64,000 bases of DNA from Myxococcota bacterium (lineage in GTDB: Bacteria > Myxococcota_A > UBA796 > CAJQPC01): the NCBI GenBank assembly GCA_036012755.1, contig DASCPX010000129.1, positions 1-64,000 of the forward strand, given 5' to 3'. Positions 47,410 through 57,129 of this stretch are shown here, piece by piece. The number at the start of each line of letters is the position of its first letter. The stretch's first letter is position 1. The position numbers were made by a program, and so were the translations under genes. A model generated the notes under the pieces. The model was not told the origin of the DNA. It was given only the letters and a program-made list of their open reading frames with translations, and did no database searches.

Positions 47410-49287
47410 ATGTTCGGCCCTCTTCCGAAGTGGAGGCACAGGCCTCCGCTCGACGGCCTGCGGGCAGTCGCCGCGCTCGTGGTCCTGCTCTTCCACGCCG
47501 GCATGCAGTCTCTGTCAGGGGGCTACATCGGGGTCGACGTCTTCTTCGTGTTGTCCGGCTTCCTGATCACCTCGATCCTGCTGCGGGAGCTGGGCAAAGG
47601 TGGCATCGGCTTCCTCGGCTTCTATGCTCGCCGAGCCAGGCGGCTGCTACCCGCTGCGCTGGTGGTGCTGCTGGCCACGCTGGTGGCCTATCGGCTGCTG
47701 CCCACGACCACCCCGCTGGACTTCCTGCGGGTCAGGCCGGGAGCCATCGCCGCGGCGCTCTACGGCTCGAACTGGTGGTTCCTGGCAGAGGCGCAGGACT
47801 ACTTCGCCCGGGACCACGGCGTCTCGCCCTTCCTCCACTACTGGTCGCTCTCCGTGGAGGAGCAGTTCTACCTGGTCTGGCCTGTGTTGCTCACGGCGCT
47901 GGGGGCCGTCGCTCGCCGCAGCACCAAGGCGGCCTTCGCGGTGGTAGTCGCCCTCACCGTCGCCAGCCTGGCGGTGAGCCACGCCGTCGTTGTGGAGAGC
48001 CCGATGCAGTCCTACTTCGGGACCCACGCGCGGGCCTGGCAGCCGCTCGCGGGCGCGGCGGTCGCGCTGGGGCTGGCGATCTGGCCCGCTCCCCGATCGG
48101 GCGTCGCGAGGGTGCTCGGTGTGCTGGGCCTCTCTGGCCTGGTCGCCGCTTCCCTGGACGTCGTCCCGCTCTCCGAGGCGCTGCATCGCGGCGAGCTCGC
48201 CGTCGGCTCCATGGTGCTGCTGCTGTTGGGGCTCGAGGGTGCGCCAGGCAGCTCCGTCGCCCGGTTGCTGTCACTCCGTCCAGCCCGGGTCCTCGGGAAC
48301 TGGTCCTACGCCATCTACCTCTGGCACTGGCCGGTGGTGGTGCTGCTCGACCACGAGGACCTCCTCCCTCCCTCGGGTCTCGTGCGCGTCGCCGTGCTCT
48401 GCGTGGTCACCGTGCTCCTGAGCGCGCTCAGCTACGAGCTGGTCGAACAGCCCGTGCGCCGCATCTCCCTCCAGGGCCGGCGCGGGCTCTTCGTAGGTGG
48501 GGCGCTGGTCACCGCGCTGGTGGCCGCCGGTGCGGCGATCGTGGTGCTGCCGGTCGATGACGACACCCGGGCTCTCGCCGCCCGGCTGGAGGAGCTCCCC
48601 GTTCGTGTAGGCGGCCGGCTCGTCGGCACCGGTCCGCACGTCGTGCTCGTCGGGGACAGCCACATGCGGCTGTGGCAGCCCGCCTTCGAGGCCTTGGCGA
48701 TGGAAAACGGCTGGTCGCTGTCGATGCGGTCTCACGACGCCTGCCCCTGGCCTGACCTCGTCTGGCTCGATCGCCACGACCGCGAGCGGGTCTGCGACTA
48801 CGCCCTCGAGGAGGCCGACCTCGTCGTCCTCGCCAGCCGCTCCGTGATCGGGCGGCCGGTGGCGACCTCGCAGGGGCCTCTCGTCGCTGGGGACGCCGGT
48901 TGGCTCGACGAGGTCGTCGCCGGGAGCCGTCGCGCCGTCGAGGGCTACCTCGAGATCGCAGAGGCCGTGGTCATCCTGGAGCGCTTGCCGGAGATGGAGG
49001 TGGAGCCCGGGCGCTGTCTCTCCAGCGGTGAGTCGGACTGCTCCACCCCCGCGGTCGAGCAGCCAGGGGACGCGGAGCTGGACGCGGCATGGAGGGCGCT
49101 CGCGGCAGAGGACTCGCGGGTCCACTCCATAGACTTCGACGAGCTGATCTGCCCGGGTGGTGTCTGTCCGGCCGAGGTCCAGGGGGTGGTCACTCGCAAG
49201 GACACCCACCACCTGACAGCCGACTACGCGAGGCTCCTCGCGCCCGAGCTCGCCGCCCGCCTTCCCGAGGGCTACGCGCTCCGGTAG
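47410..49287 (+). CDS. Acyltransferase-3 (OafA/OatA) with C-terminal SGNH domain
   Basis: LDGLRA, GVDVFFVLSGFLIT, HYWSLSVEEQFY, GDSH, D.HH. Confidence 0.92.
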   Translation: MFGPLPKWRHRPPLDGLRAVAALVVLLFHAGMQSLSGGYIGVDVFFVLSGFLITSILLRELGKGGIGFLGFYARRARRLLPAALVVLLATLVAYRLLPTTTPLDFLRVRPGAIAAALYGSNWWFLAEAQDYFARDHGVSPFLHYWSLSVEEQFYLVWPVLLTALGAVARRSTKAAFAVVVALTVASLAVSHAVVVESPMQSYFGTHARAWQPLAGAAVALGLAIWPAPRSGVARVLGVLGLSGLVAASLDVVPLSEALHRGELAVGSMVLLLLGLEGAPGSSVARLLSLRPARVLGNWSYAIYLWHWPVVVLLDHEDLLPPSGLVRVAVLCVVTVLLSALSYELVEQPVRRISLQGRRGLFVGGALVTALVAAGAAIVVLPVDDDTRALAARLEELPVRVGGRLVGTGPHVVLVGDSHMRLWQPAFEALAMENGWSLSMRSHDACPWPDLVWLDRHDRERVCDYALEEADLVVLASRSVIGRPVATSQGPLVAGDAGWLDEVVAGSRRAVEGYLEIAEAVVILERLPEMEVEPGRCLSSGESDCSTPAVEQPGDAELDAAWRALAAEDSRVHSIDFDELICPGGVCPAEVQGVVTRKDTHHLTADYARLLAPELAARLPEGYALR

Positions 49288-49295
49288 GCTCCGAC

Positions 49296-50417
49296 ATGCG
49301 CATCCTCTACGGCGTCGTCGGCGAAGGCATGGGCCACGCGACCCGCTCGCGAGTCCAGCTGGAGCACCTGCTGAGCCAGGGCCATGAAGTGAGGGTGGTG
49401 GTCTCGGGGCGCGCCCACGACTTCCTGACCTCTCGCTTCGCCGAGCGCGAGGGCATCTCCATCCAGGAGATCGCTGGTCTCCACATGATCTACGAGGACA
49501 ACGAGGTCGAGCGTCGGCGCTCGCTGCGGTCCAATCTCTCTGGCGCGCCGGAGGGCTATCGCCAGAACTACACGGTCTATCGGCGACTGCTCGGCGACTG
49601 GATGCCGACGGCCATCGTCAGCGACTTCGAGTCCTGGGCCTGGTACTTCGGGCGGCGTCAGAAGATCCCCGTGATCAGTGTCGACAACATGCAGGTCATC
49701 AACCGCTGCGAGCACGACGGCTTCGTCACGAGGAGCCGCTGCAGTGACTTCCGCGTCGCCCGGCTGGCCGTGAAGGCGAAGCTCCCACGGTGTTTCCACT
49801 ACCTCGTCTCGAGCTTCTTCTTTCCGCCGGTCCGGAAGAAGTACACGACCCTGGTCACTCCGATCCTGCGGCCGGAGATCCTGGAGGCCCGGCGGGAGCC
49901 TGGCGAGCATGTCCTCGTGTACCAGACGGCGGCCTCCAACACGAAGCTGGTGCCGGTGCTCCAGAAGCTGCCGTTGTCCTTTCGGGTCTACGGCATGAAC
50001 CGCGACGAGGACCTCGGCAACGTCACCCTCCGCAGCTTCTCCGAGACCGGCTTCGTGGACGACCTTCGCACCGCCCGGGCTGTGATCGCCGGCGGCGGCT
50101 ACTCGCTGATGGGCGAGGCCGTCCACCTCCACGTGCCGATGCTCAGCGTGCCCATCGTCGGCCAGTACGAGCAGGAGCTCAACGCCCGCTACCTCCAGAG
50201 CCTGGGCTACGGGCGCTTCACCTCCGAGCTCACCGACGGCGTCGTGCGTGACTTCCTGGCCGGGCTCGAGGCCCACGACGAGGCCCTGAAGCGGTACCTG
50301 CCGCAGGACAACTCGATGCTGTTCTCCCTCATGGACGAGTGCCTCCACCGCATCGACATGGGCGAGAAACGGCCGGTCACGCTCGATGCGCCCTCGATGG
50401 GGGACCTGCGCGGCTAG
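49296..50417 (+). CDS. MJ1255/VC2487-family glycosyltransferase
   Basis: MRILYGV.GEGMGHATRS, SDFE, GGG.SLMGEA..L..P, GQYEQ.LNA.YL. Confidence 0.88.
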   Translation: MRILYGVVGEGMGHATRSRVQLEHLLSQGHEVRVVVSGRAHDFLTSRFAEREGISIQEIAGLHMIYEDNEVERRRSLRSNLSGAPEGYRQNYTVYRRLLGDWMPTAIVSDFESWAWYFGRRQKIPVISVDNMQVINRCEHDGFVTRSRCSDFRVARLAVKAKLPRCFHYLVSSFFFPPVRKKYTTLVTPILRPEILEARREPGEHVLVYQTAASNTKLVPVLQKLPLSFRVYGMNRDEDLGNVTLRSFSETGFVDDLRTARAVIAGGGYSLMGEAVHLHVPMLSVPIVGQYEQELNARYLQSLGYGRFTSELTDGVVRDFLAGLEAHDEALKRYLPQDNSMLFSLMDECLHRIDMGEKRPVTLDAPSMGDLRG

Positions 50418-50595
50418 GAGCACCAATCAGGTTTTCTCCCGTCGCATGCTCGGCGGTCTCCGCGCCTGCCGGCCTGCCTCCTCGGTCGATTGCCTCGGCA
50501 GGCTCCCTCGTCGGCACCGGGCGCCTGGGGCGCCCTGGCCAGCAGCCACGCAGCCTGCGCTTCGCCTGCTCGGTCCGACTACCTGATTGGTGCTC
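50418..50595. mobile_element. 178-bp MITE with perfect 15-bp TIRs and flanking TAG direct repeat
   Basis: gagcaccaatcaggt (50418-50432) and acctgattggtgctc (50581-50595); TAG on both sides. Confidence 0.8.
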
Positions 50596-50765
50596 TAGGG
50601 CCGGTGGATCGCCTGGTACTGCTCGGTGGTCATCGAGCGTCCCACGGCGTCGATGCCGGCGTCGGACCAGAACAAGAAGTGCACCGCGACAGGGAGGCTG
50701 AGCAACAGGGCGATCTCGGCTGCGGTGAGGAGTCGGTCGCGCCAGGATGAGTAGGGAGACAGCAT
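50595..50765 (-). CDS. Small (56 aa) single-TM protein, absent from the ORF track
   Basis: MLSPYSSWRDRLLTAAEIALLLSLPVAVHFLFWSDAGIDAVGRSMTTEQYQAIHRP*; GAGGA upstream. Confidence 0.55.
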   Translation of the reverse strand: MLSPYSSWRDRLLTAAEIALLLSLPVAVHFLFWSDAGIDAVGRSMTTEQYQAIHRP

Positions 50766-50810
50766 GAGGGGACTGAGTCCTCTCGAGGCGCCCGGTTCGT
50801 CAGGGCCTTG

Positions 50811-52529
50811 TCAGGGCACGCAGTCCAGGGCGAGGTCTCCCTCGCTCAGCTGTGAGTACAGGCCCTCCTGCGTCGCGTCCGAGTCCGCCCTGCCTCCGTG
50901 GAGGTAGACGAAGCCCTCGTCGCTCGTCGCCACCGAGTACCACTCGCGCGCCTTCGCCAGGGACGCGACCTCAGCGAAGGCCTCGCCAGGGGCCGCCGAG
51001 AGGACGCCGAGGCCGTCGGCGTCTGCGCCTGGGAAGACGTAGACGTAGTCCCCGTCGGACTCGACGTTCAGCCACAGACCCATGAACGTCCCGAAGTCGA
51101 TCTGTGTCCAGTTCCCGAGCGAGCCCCTCGACTCCACGGGTGCCCGGTAGCCTCGCGTGATCCAGTCGCTGTCGGAGCCCGAGCGCCAGGAGCCGACTAC
51201 GACGAGCTCATCGGCGGCGAAGGCCGCGCCGACGTAGCCGCCGTCGAGATCCTCTGGGAAGTCCGAGCTCTGCTGCCAGCCCTCGGGCAGGTTGTCCTGG
51301 TCCAGCTCGGTGAAGTACACGCGCTGTCGCGTGATGCTGTAGAGGACATCCTCGCGGTGCCGGATCACGTTCGCGTAGCCGGGGCTGTCCGTCATGGTCC
51401 AGCCTTGGGGCTCGCCGTCTGTGAGCAGGGCGGTCCAGGCGTTCTCTCCGTTGATCGCGTACAGACGATCGCGGCCGGCGTGGAAGCGTGTCTCCTCGCC
51501 CGAGTCGAGCTGCGGGCCCTCTCGCCAGCGCCCGACCCGTCCGTCGTCCAGGATCGGAGCCCAGTAGGTGCTGCCGTCCTCGTCTCCGCCGCCGACGTAG
51601 ATGGCGCCCTCCCAGACCCGCGCGTGGTGGGTCTGGAGGTAGACCGGCAGCGAAGAGGTGTCCCCCCAGGTCGCGACGGTGGAGATGAGCTCGACGCTGT
51701 CCTGCCACGAGCCCTTCAGGCGGTCGCGCTCGAAGTCCAGCCCGAGCACGTGGCTGCCGTCGTCGACGTCGCTGCACCACGTCGCCAGGACCAGGGCGTC
51801 CCGGGTGTCGAGCAGCCTCTCGAGGACCTCGTTGGCGATCTCGGGCAGATCCGCGATGTCCTTCGCCTTCCAGCTGCCGTGGGTCGCGACGTCCTCGTGG
51901 TCCGTGCCGACACCGACAGCCATCACCGCGAGCTCGCCCCGGGCGGCCTGCACCGACTCCAGCGAGGTGTCGTCCACCGGATCGCCCCCGTCGCTCAAGA
52001 GCACGATGACGCTGCGCTCGAGCGGCTCACCCGTGAGCAGCTGGTCCTCCACCTCCGCGAAGGCGTCCACGAGCGCGGCGTTTCGGTTGGTGGGCCCCGA
52101 AGCCGCCGTGAGCGCGTCGATCGCATCGCGCATCTTGTCGGTGTCCGTGGTCTCCGGGCGCAGCACCTCGACGTCCTCGTCGAAGCCGATCATCGTGAAG
52201 GTCTGGTGCTCGTCGAGGTTCTCTGCGATCTTCGTCGCGAAGCTCTGGATCTCGGCGAGGTCGCCGGAGTCCTCGAGGGCGAGGTCCACCAGGAGGACGA
52301 CGGACTGGGTCCCGTCGAGCTCTTCGAAGCCGCGGTAGCGGGGCAGCACCTCGGAGCCGTCGATGGTGGTCGTCAGCTCGTCTCCGGACCACGCCACGCC
52401 GCGTCCTCGCGCGTCGACGAGCTCGACGAGGATGTGGGCGCGGTTGGGGGCCGATGCCCCGGCCCACAGCCCCTTCGCGGAGACGGGGCCCTTGTAGTCG
52501 GCGTTGCAGGCGAGCAGCAAGAGGAGCAT
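50811..52529 (-). CDS. Lipoprotein with VWA-like domain and kelch-like beta-propeller
   Basis: MLLLLLAC; VVLLVD...IGFD...T...AL..A...VLLSDG; IYVGGG and VYLHGG kelch motifs. Confidence 0.72.
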   Translation of the reverse strand: MLLLLLACNADYKGPVSAKGLWAGASAPNRAHILVELVDARGRGVAWSGDELTTTIDGSEVLPRYRGFEELDGTQSVVLLVDLALEDSGDLAEIQSFATKIAENLDEHQTFTMIGFDEDVEVLRPETTDTDKMRDAIDALTAASGPTNRNAALVDAFAEVEDQLLTGEPLERSVIVLLSDGGDPVDDTSLESVQAARGELAVMAVGVGTDHEDVATHGSWKAKDIADLPEIANEVLERLLDTRDALVLATWCSDVDDGSHVLGLDFERDRLKGSWQDSVELISTVATWGDTSSLPVYLQTHHARVWEGAIYVGGGDEDGSTYWAPILDDGRVGRWREGPQLDSGEETRFHAGRDRLYAINGENAWTALLTDGEPQGWTMTDSPGYANVIRHREDVLYSITRQRVYFTELDQDNLPEGWQQSSDFPEDLDGGYVGAAFAADELVVVGSWRSGSDSDWITRGYRAPVESRGSLGNWTQIDFGTFMGLWLNVESDGDYVYVFPGADADGLGVLSAAPGEAFAEVASLAKAREWYSVATSDEGFVYLHGGRADSDATQEGLYSQLSEGDLALDCVP

Positions 52530-52549
52530 GCACGCATTATGAGCGCGAG

Positions 52550-53974
52550 ATGCTTATCCTCGCTCTGTTGGCCTGCAAGAAGGACCCCGAGTCCCTGCTG
52601 TTCCCGGAGGGCTTCCTCTTCGGGACCGCCACCGCCGGCTTCCAGGTCGAGGCGGGCTGCCCGACCATCGCGCCAGAGGACTGCGAGGACCGCAGCTCCG
52701 ACTGGTACCAGTGGGTCACGGACGAGGAGCTCGTCGCCGACGGGACGACCTTCAACTCCGGGGACCCCATGACCTGGGCCCCGGGGCACTACGAGCTCTA
52801 CGAGGACGACTTCGAGCGCGCGGCCGAGTTCGGCGGCGCCTTCCGGTTCAGCTTCGAGTGGTCCCGGCTCTTCCCCGACGCAGCTGCAGAGGACGCCGCG
52901 ACCGTCGAGGAGCTGGCGGAGCTCGTCGATCCGACGGCGCTTGCCTGGTACCACGACTACCTCGACGCCATGAGCGCCCAGGGGCTGACGCCGGTGGCGA
53001 CGGTGAACCACTACACGCTGCCGCTGTGGGTCCACGACGGCAAGGTCTGTCGGGACGACCCCACGGGCTGCGAGGCCAGCGGGTGGGTCGACGGGGACCG
53101 CATGATCCCGCTGATCACGCTCTTCTCCCAGTACCTCGGGCGGGAGTTCGGCGATGACATCCAGCTCTGGCTCACGCTCAACGAGCCGCTTGCCGTCATC
53201 GTCAGCGGCTACCTCTTCCCGAGCGAGGACCGCACGAATCCCCCGGGCGTCTCCGACCCGGAGCTCGCCCTGGCGGTTGCCTGGAACATGGCTCGGGCTC
53301 ACGCCGCGATGGCAGAGGCCATCCGCGCAGAGGACGCTGACGCAGAGGTCGGCGTCGTCGTGAACCTCGGCGTCGCCTACCCGGAAGACGACACCGACGT
53401 CGACGATGTCCGCGCAGCCGAGCACCTCGACTACGTCTACAACCAGGCCATCCTCGAGATGTTCCTGGAGGGCAGGCTGGACAGCAACCTCGACGGCCTG
53501 GTCGACGAAGAGGACAGCAGCATCGCCGGCAAGACCGACTGGCTCGGTCTGAACTACTACTTCGCCTTCGAGGTCGGCGGCTTCCCTCGCTCGATCTACT
53601 CGGCCTACCCGTACATGGACTTCTTCCCGAAGACACTCGACTCGGATCCGGCCTACTTCGGCGAGGCCATCGACATGACCGCCGAGTGGGGTCTGCCCAT
53701 CTACATCACCGAGAACGGCGTAGCAGACCCGACCGCAGACGACGCCGTGGCCTACCTCGACCCGGCACTGCGCACAGTCTGCGAGAAGGCCGTCGAGCAC
53801 GACGTTCGCGGATACATGTACTGGTCCCTCATCGACAACTACGAGTGGAACCACGGCATGGGCATGCGCTTTGGTCTGTACGAAGTCGACACGGACACGA
53901 AGGCGCGCACCCTCCGGCCCATCGGAGAGAGGTACGCAGAGATCGTGTCGGATCACGGCTTCGTCGGAGAGTAG
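52550..53974 (+). CDS. Glycoside hydrolase family 1, lipoprotein
   Basis: FPEGFLFGTATAGFQVE, FRFSFEWSR, TLNEP, ITENG, WSLIDNYEW. Confidence 0.92.
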   Translation: MLILALLACKKDPESLLFPEGFLFGTATAGFQVEAGCPTIAPEDCEDRSSDWYQWVTDEELVADGTTFNSGDPMTWAPGHYELYEDDFERAAEFGGAFRFSFEWSRLFPDAAAEDAATVEELAELVDPTALAWYHDYLDAMSAQGLTPVATVNHYTLPLWVHDGKVCRDDPTGCEASGWVDGDRMIPLITLFSQYLGREFGDDIQLWLTLNEPLAVIVSGYLFPSEDRTNPPGVSDPELALAVAWNMARAHAAMAEAIRAEDADAEVGVVVNLGVAYPEDDTDVDDVRAAEHLDYVYNQAILEMFLEGRLDSNLDGLVDEEDSSIAGKTDWLGLNYYFAFEVGGFPRSIYSAYPYMDFFPKTLDSDPAYFGEAIDMTAEWGLPIYITENGVADPTADDAVAYLDPALRTVCEKAVEHDVRGYMYWSLIDNYEWNHGMGMRFGLYEVDTDTKARTLRPIGERYAEIVSDHGFVGE

Positions 53975-53977
53975 CTC

Positions 53978-54400
53978 TCAGCGCTGGGGCATCACCAGCG
54001 GCCAGTCGAGGTCGTAGTAGTCGTAGCCCTCTCGCAGTGTCTGGAGCACGGCCTGGGACTCGTCGGAGTGCATCGTGCGGGTCTCGACGGCGTTCTCGAT
54101 CTCCTCTGTGGTCGGCAGGACCTCGGCCGGGTTGGTCCCGTTCTTCCGCGCCGCTCGGTCGAGGACATCGGCGGTGCGCATGAAGAAGTCACGCATCTCG
54201 GCGCGGACGTCGACGTCGTCCTCTGCCTTCGACTGCTCCTCGAGGGGGTCGATGCCGGCGACCTCGGCGGGCTCGTCGACGATGAAGACGAGCATCACCC
54301 CCAGCATGCCGAGATTCAGCAGTGTCAGCCCGCCGACGGCGACCAGCGCTCGGTTCAGGCGCTTCAGAGCCTGGTGGATGTCGACCGGCGAGTCGCTCAT
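53978..54400 (-). CDS. Hypothetical single-TM protein
   Basis: MSDSPVDIHQ...; one TM helix; TACCCT 6 nt upstream of the ATG. Confidence 0.65.
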   Translation of the reverse strand: MSDSPVDIHQALKRLNRALVAVGGLTLLNLGMLGVMLVFIVDEPAEVAGIDPLEEQSKAEDDVDVRAEMRDFFMRTADVLDRAARKNGTNPAEVLPTTEEIENAVETRTMHSDESQAVLQTLREGYDYYDLDWPLVMPQR

Positions 54401-54469
54401 CGTGGGAGGGTAACCGTGGCATGCCGTGTTCGTGGTTGCTATGCGCAGTACCGCTGCCTGGAGTCGTGA

Positions 54470-55591
54470 ATGCTGCTCGCCTTGACCTCGCTGTCCCTGG
54501 CGCAGGACTGCAATGTCCGAGCGCTCGAGAAGGAGCTCGAAGAGGTGAGCCCTTCCAACGTCCCAGCCGCCTTCGACGAGCTCGCTGCTTGCGACGCTGT
54601 CGCCGCGAAGGCAGCGGCTTCCGTCGCCTTCGAGCGGGTGCTGTCCGGAGAGGGCGGAAACCAGCTCGTGATCTCGGCGGTCAAGGTCCAGGCCTGGGAC
54701 GAGCCGCGGACCTGGATCACCGGCCTGCAGTCCGACGAGCGCAGCCGCACCATCGCTGCCCTCGGCGCTGCCTGCGGCAAGCACGAAGAGGTCGCGAGTT
54801 TCCTCGTCTACACGCAGACCAAGCTGGGCGACGGCTTCTGGACGAACCGCTGGTACCGCAGCCTCGCGGAGTGCCGGCAGCCCGCTGTGCAGGAGATGCT
54901 CTACAACGAGGTCTCCAGCGGCCAGAAGGACCGCACCCGGTACTTCGGGGTGCTCGAGGTCTACAGCCGCAACCTCGGTGCCGGTGCGATCCCGCTGCTG
55001 AGCGAGCAGCTGGCGACGATCACGGACGAAGAGGAGCTCACCTACATCGTCAACGCCTTCGCGGACGCTGCCCACGTCGGCGCGCTCGAGGGTCAGGACC
55101 CCGAGGCGACGAAGCTGGCGGTCGAGGCCATCGTCGCCGCGGCCCCCGACCTGCCGCCGCGGGCTGTGGAGCAAGGCCGCACCACCTTGCGCAGCCTCGG
55201 GGACGAGGACGCCGCGAACAAGCTGGTCGCGATCCGGTACCAGGACGTGATGCGGGACGACGGGCTCCACTGGGGCCTCGTGGCCGTCGAGACGGGCACC
55301 TGCAAGAAGGACACGCGGGTGAACATCCACACGGGCAAGGTCATCGAGGCCGGAACGATGTGGCCGGATCAGGTCGCCGCGGTCATCGAAGAGGCCACCA
55401 GCGCCGCCTGGAGTTGGCCGCTGGCGAAGAAGTGCGAGGTCCAGACCCAGATCATCATCTCCGCCGAGCCGATGGACGCCGCCGGGATGAATGCCTGGAC
55501 CAAGGAGCAGGTGCACGACGCGACCCGGGCCGCCACGTCCACGGCCTCCAAGATCGCCACAGTTCCGGAAGAGAGTCCGGTCTCCCTCTGA
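54470..55591 (+). CDS. Secreted helical hypothetical protein
   Basis: Signal MLLALTSLSLA|QD; typical codon usage. Confidence 0.7.
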   Translation: MLLALTSLSLAQDCNVRALEKELEEVSPSNVPAAFDELAACDAVAAKAAASVAFERVLSGEGGNQLVISAVKVQAWDEPRTWITGLQSDERSRTIAALGAACGKHEEVASFLVYTQTKLGDGFWTNRWYRSLAECRQPAVQEMLYNEVSSGQKDRTRYFGVLEVYSRNLGAGAIPLLSEQLATITDEEELTYIVNAFADAAHVGALEGQDPEATKLAVEAIVAAAPDLPPRAVEQGRTTLRSLGDEDAANKLVAIRYQDVMRDDGLHWGLVAVETGTCKKDTRVNIHTGKVIEAGTMWPDQVAAVIEEATSAAWSWPLAKKCEVQTQIIISAEPMDAAGMNAWTKEQVHDATRAATSTASKIATVPEESPVSL

Positions 55592-55646
55592 TCCTTGTGT
55601 CGTGGTCCACTCGGGTGGATCTCGTGATTCCAGGGACTTGAACCCG

Positions 55647-55662
55647 TGGCACGGCCTTTGCT
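55647..55662 (+). promoter_or_regulatory. Sigma-54 promoter
   Basis: TGGCACG-gcct-TTGCT matches the consensus. Confidence 0.7.
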
Positions 55663-55674
55663 TCACCAGAGGCC

Positions 55675-56199
55675 ATGCACCGACACGCCTTCATCGCCAC
55701 AGCCATCGCCTCAACCCTCTTGTTCGCCTGCTCGCAGCCTTTCTGGGACGTCGAGGAGAGCGCCGATCTCGGCACCTTCGAGGCCGCGGGCGACGACATC
55801 GTCGATGTCCGCCTGAGCTTCCAGGGCGACTCCCGCGCAGAGGAGATGGAAGGTCACGTCGTCATCAGCGAGCTCGCCTACGACCTCGACGACGACGTCG
55901 TCCTCACCGTGTGGGCGCGGGACCCGGGGGACTCGGTGCTCGACGGCAACCTGGCGACGGTCGACATCGTGCTTCCGGTCGCCAACAACGCCGACACCCG
56001 CCTGAACTTCAGCCCGGAGTGCTTCGAGACCAGCTGCGACCATGACGTCGAGATCCGCTTCCAGCTGGATCGCGAGCTCGAAGATGGTGAGTTCGTCGAG
56101 CTCGACCTCGCCGCATTCGCCAGGGCGGAAGGTGACTATCCCGATGGCAGCGTGGTCGAGGACCACCAGGCCGCCCTCAGCTTCTCGATCGTGGAGTAG
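55675..56199 (+). CDS. Hypothetical lipoprotein
   Basis: Conventional signal ending LFAC; acidic mature domain. Confidence 0.7.
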   Translation: MHRHAFIATAIASTLLFACSQPFWDVEESADLGTFEAAGDDIVDVRLSFQGDSRAEEMEGHVVISELAYDLDDDVVLTVWARDPGDSVLDGNLATVDIVLPVANNADTRLNFSPECFETSCDHDVEIRFQLDRELEDGEFVELDLAAFARAEGDYPDGSVVEDHQAALSFSIVE

Positions 56200-56237
56200 A
56201 CGGAGCCTCTGTGACGAGATCGAGACCCTGGAGTCGA

Positions 56238-57059
56238 TCACCCAGGAGTGAGCAGTAGCTCCCGCAGGGCACGTCCGGCTGGAGACAGGCGGTCGAGCCC
56301 CGGGTGGCAGAGGACGAGCTTGCGCTTCAGGGGTGTGCGCGCCTCTGGGACCTCGACCAGGGTCCCGAGCGCCAGGTCGTTCTCGACCGCGGCCCTGGAC
56401 AGCAGGGACAGCCCGATGCCAGCTCGCACGTGGCCCTTCACCGAGGCGATGCTGGCCAGCTCGGCGACCACCTCGACCTCGGGAAAGTGCTGGTCCTGCA
56501 GTTTCCGCATCGAGGCCCCGTGGGTGAAGGCGACGAAGGGCGCCCCCGGTCCGGGTTCCAGGTCGCTGTCGGCTGCCCTGACGATGATGAGCTCGTCCTC
56601 GCACCAGAGCTCACCGTCGCCCTCTGCGATGCCGAGGTCGACGCGGCCCGCGCGCAGCTCCTCTCGCACCAGCGGCGTCATGGTCTCGCGCAGGCGCACC
56701 CGCACGTCGGGGTAGCGCTTGCGAAAGGCCGCCAAGAGCGGCGGCAGCATGTAGGTGCAGGCGGTAGCCCCGCCGCCGAGGCGGACCTCTCCCGCGTCGA
56801 GGCCCTCGACCTCCATCACGGCGCGGCGACCGGCCTCGACCGCGGACAGCGCAGCCTGTGCGTGGGGGATGAGGGCCCGGCCGCTGGCGGTCGGCCTGGC
56901 GCCGCGGGGCAGGCGATGCAGGAGCCGCCCGCCCATGGACTCCTCCAGTCGCTTGATCGACGCCGAGAGCGAAGGCTGCGCGAGGTGGGCGTGGCGCGCT
57001 GCCCTGGTGAAGGTGCCGTGCTCGACCACGAGGAGGAAGTGCCGTAGCTCGTCATGCAT
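56238..57059 (-). CDS. LysR-family transcriptional regulator
   Basis: LRHF..V.E.GTFTRAA...LAQPSLS.SIKRLEE..G..L. Confidence 0.93.
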   Translation of the reverse strand: MHDELRHFLLVVEHGTFTRAARHAHLAQPSLSASIKRLEESMGGRLLHRLPRGARPTASGRALIPHAQAALSAVEAGRRAVMEVEGLDAGEVRLGGGATACTYMLPPLLAAFRKRYPDVRVRLRETMTPLVREELRAGRVDLGIAEGDGELWCEDELIIVRAADSDLEPGPGAPFVAFTHGASMRKLQDQHFPEVEVVAELASIASVKGHVRAGIGLSLLSRAAVENDLALGTLVEVPEARTPLKRKLVLCHPGLDRLSPAGRALRELLLTPG

Positions 57060-57072
57060 AGACAAATACTAT
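57058..57072. promoter_or_regulatory. LysR-binding box
   Basis: ATAG-N7-CTAT (T-N11-A) between lysR and the divergent exporter. Confidence 0.65.
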
Positions 57073-57129
57073 CGAACCCACAGAAACAATCCATTGGAGT
57101 TATCTCTCCTGGCGGGCGACCTTGGCAAC

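Noticed and set aside
55592..55674. tRNA-like fragment (gggacttgaaccc)
   Set aside because: No cloverleaf could be assembled around it on either strand.
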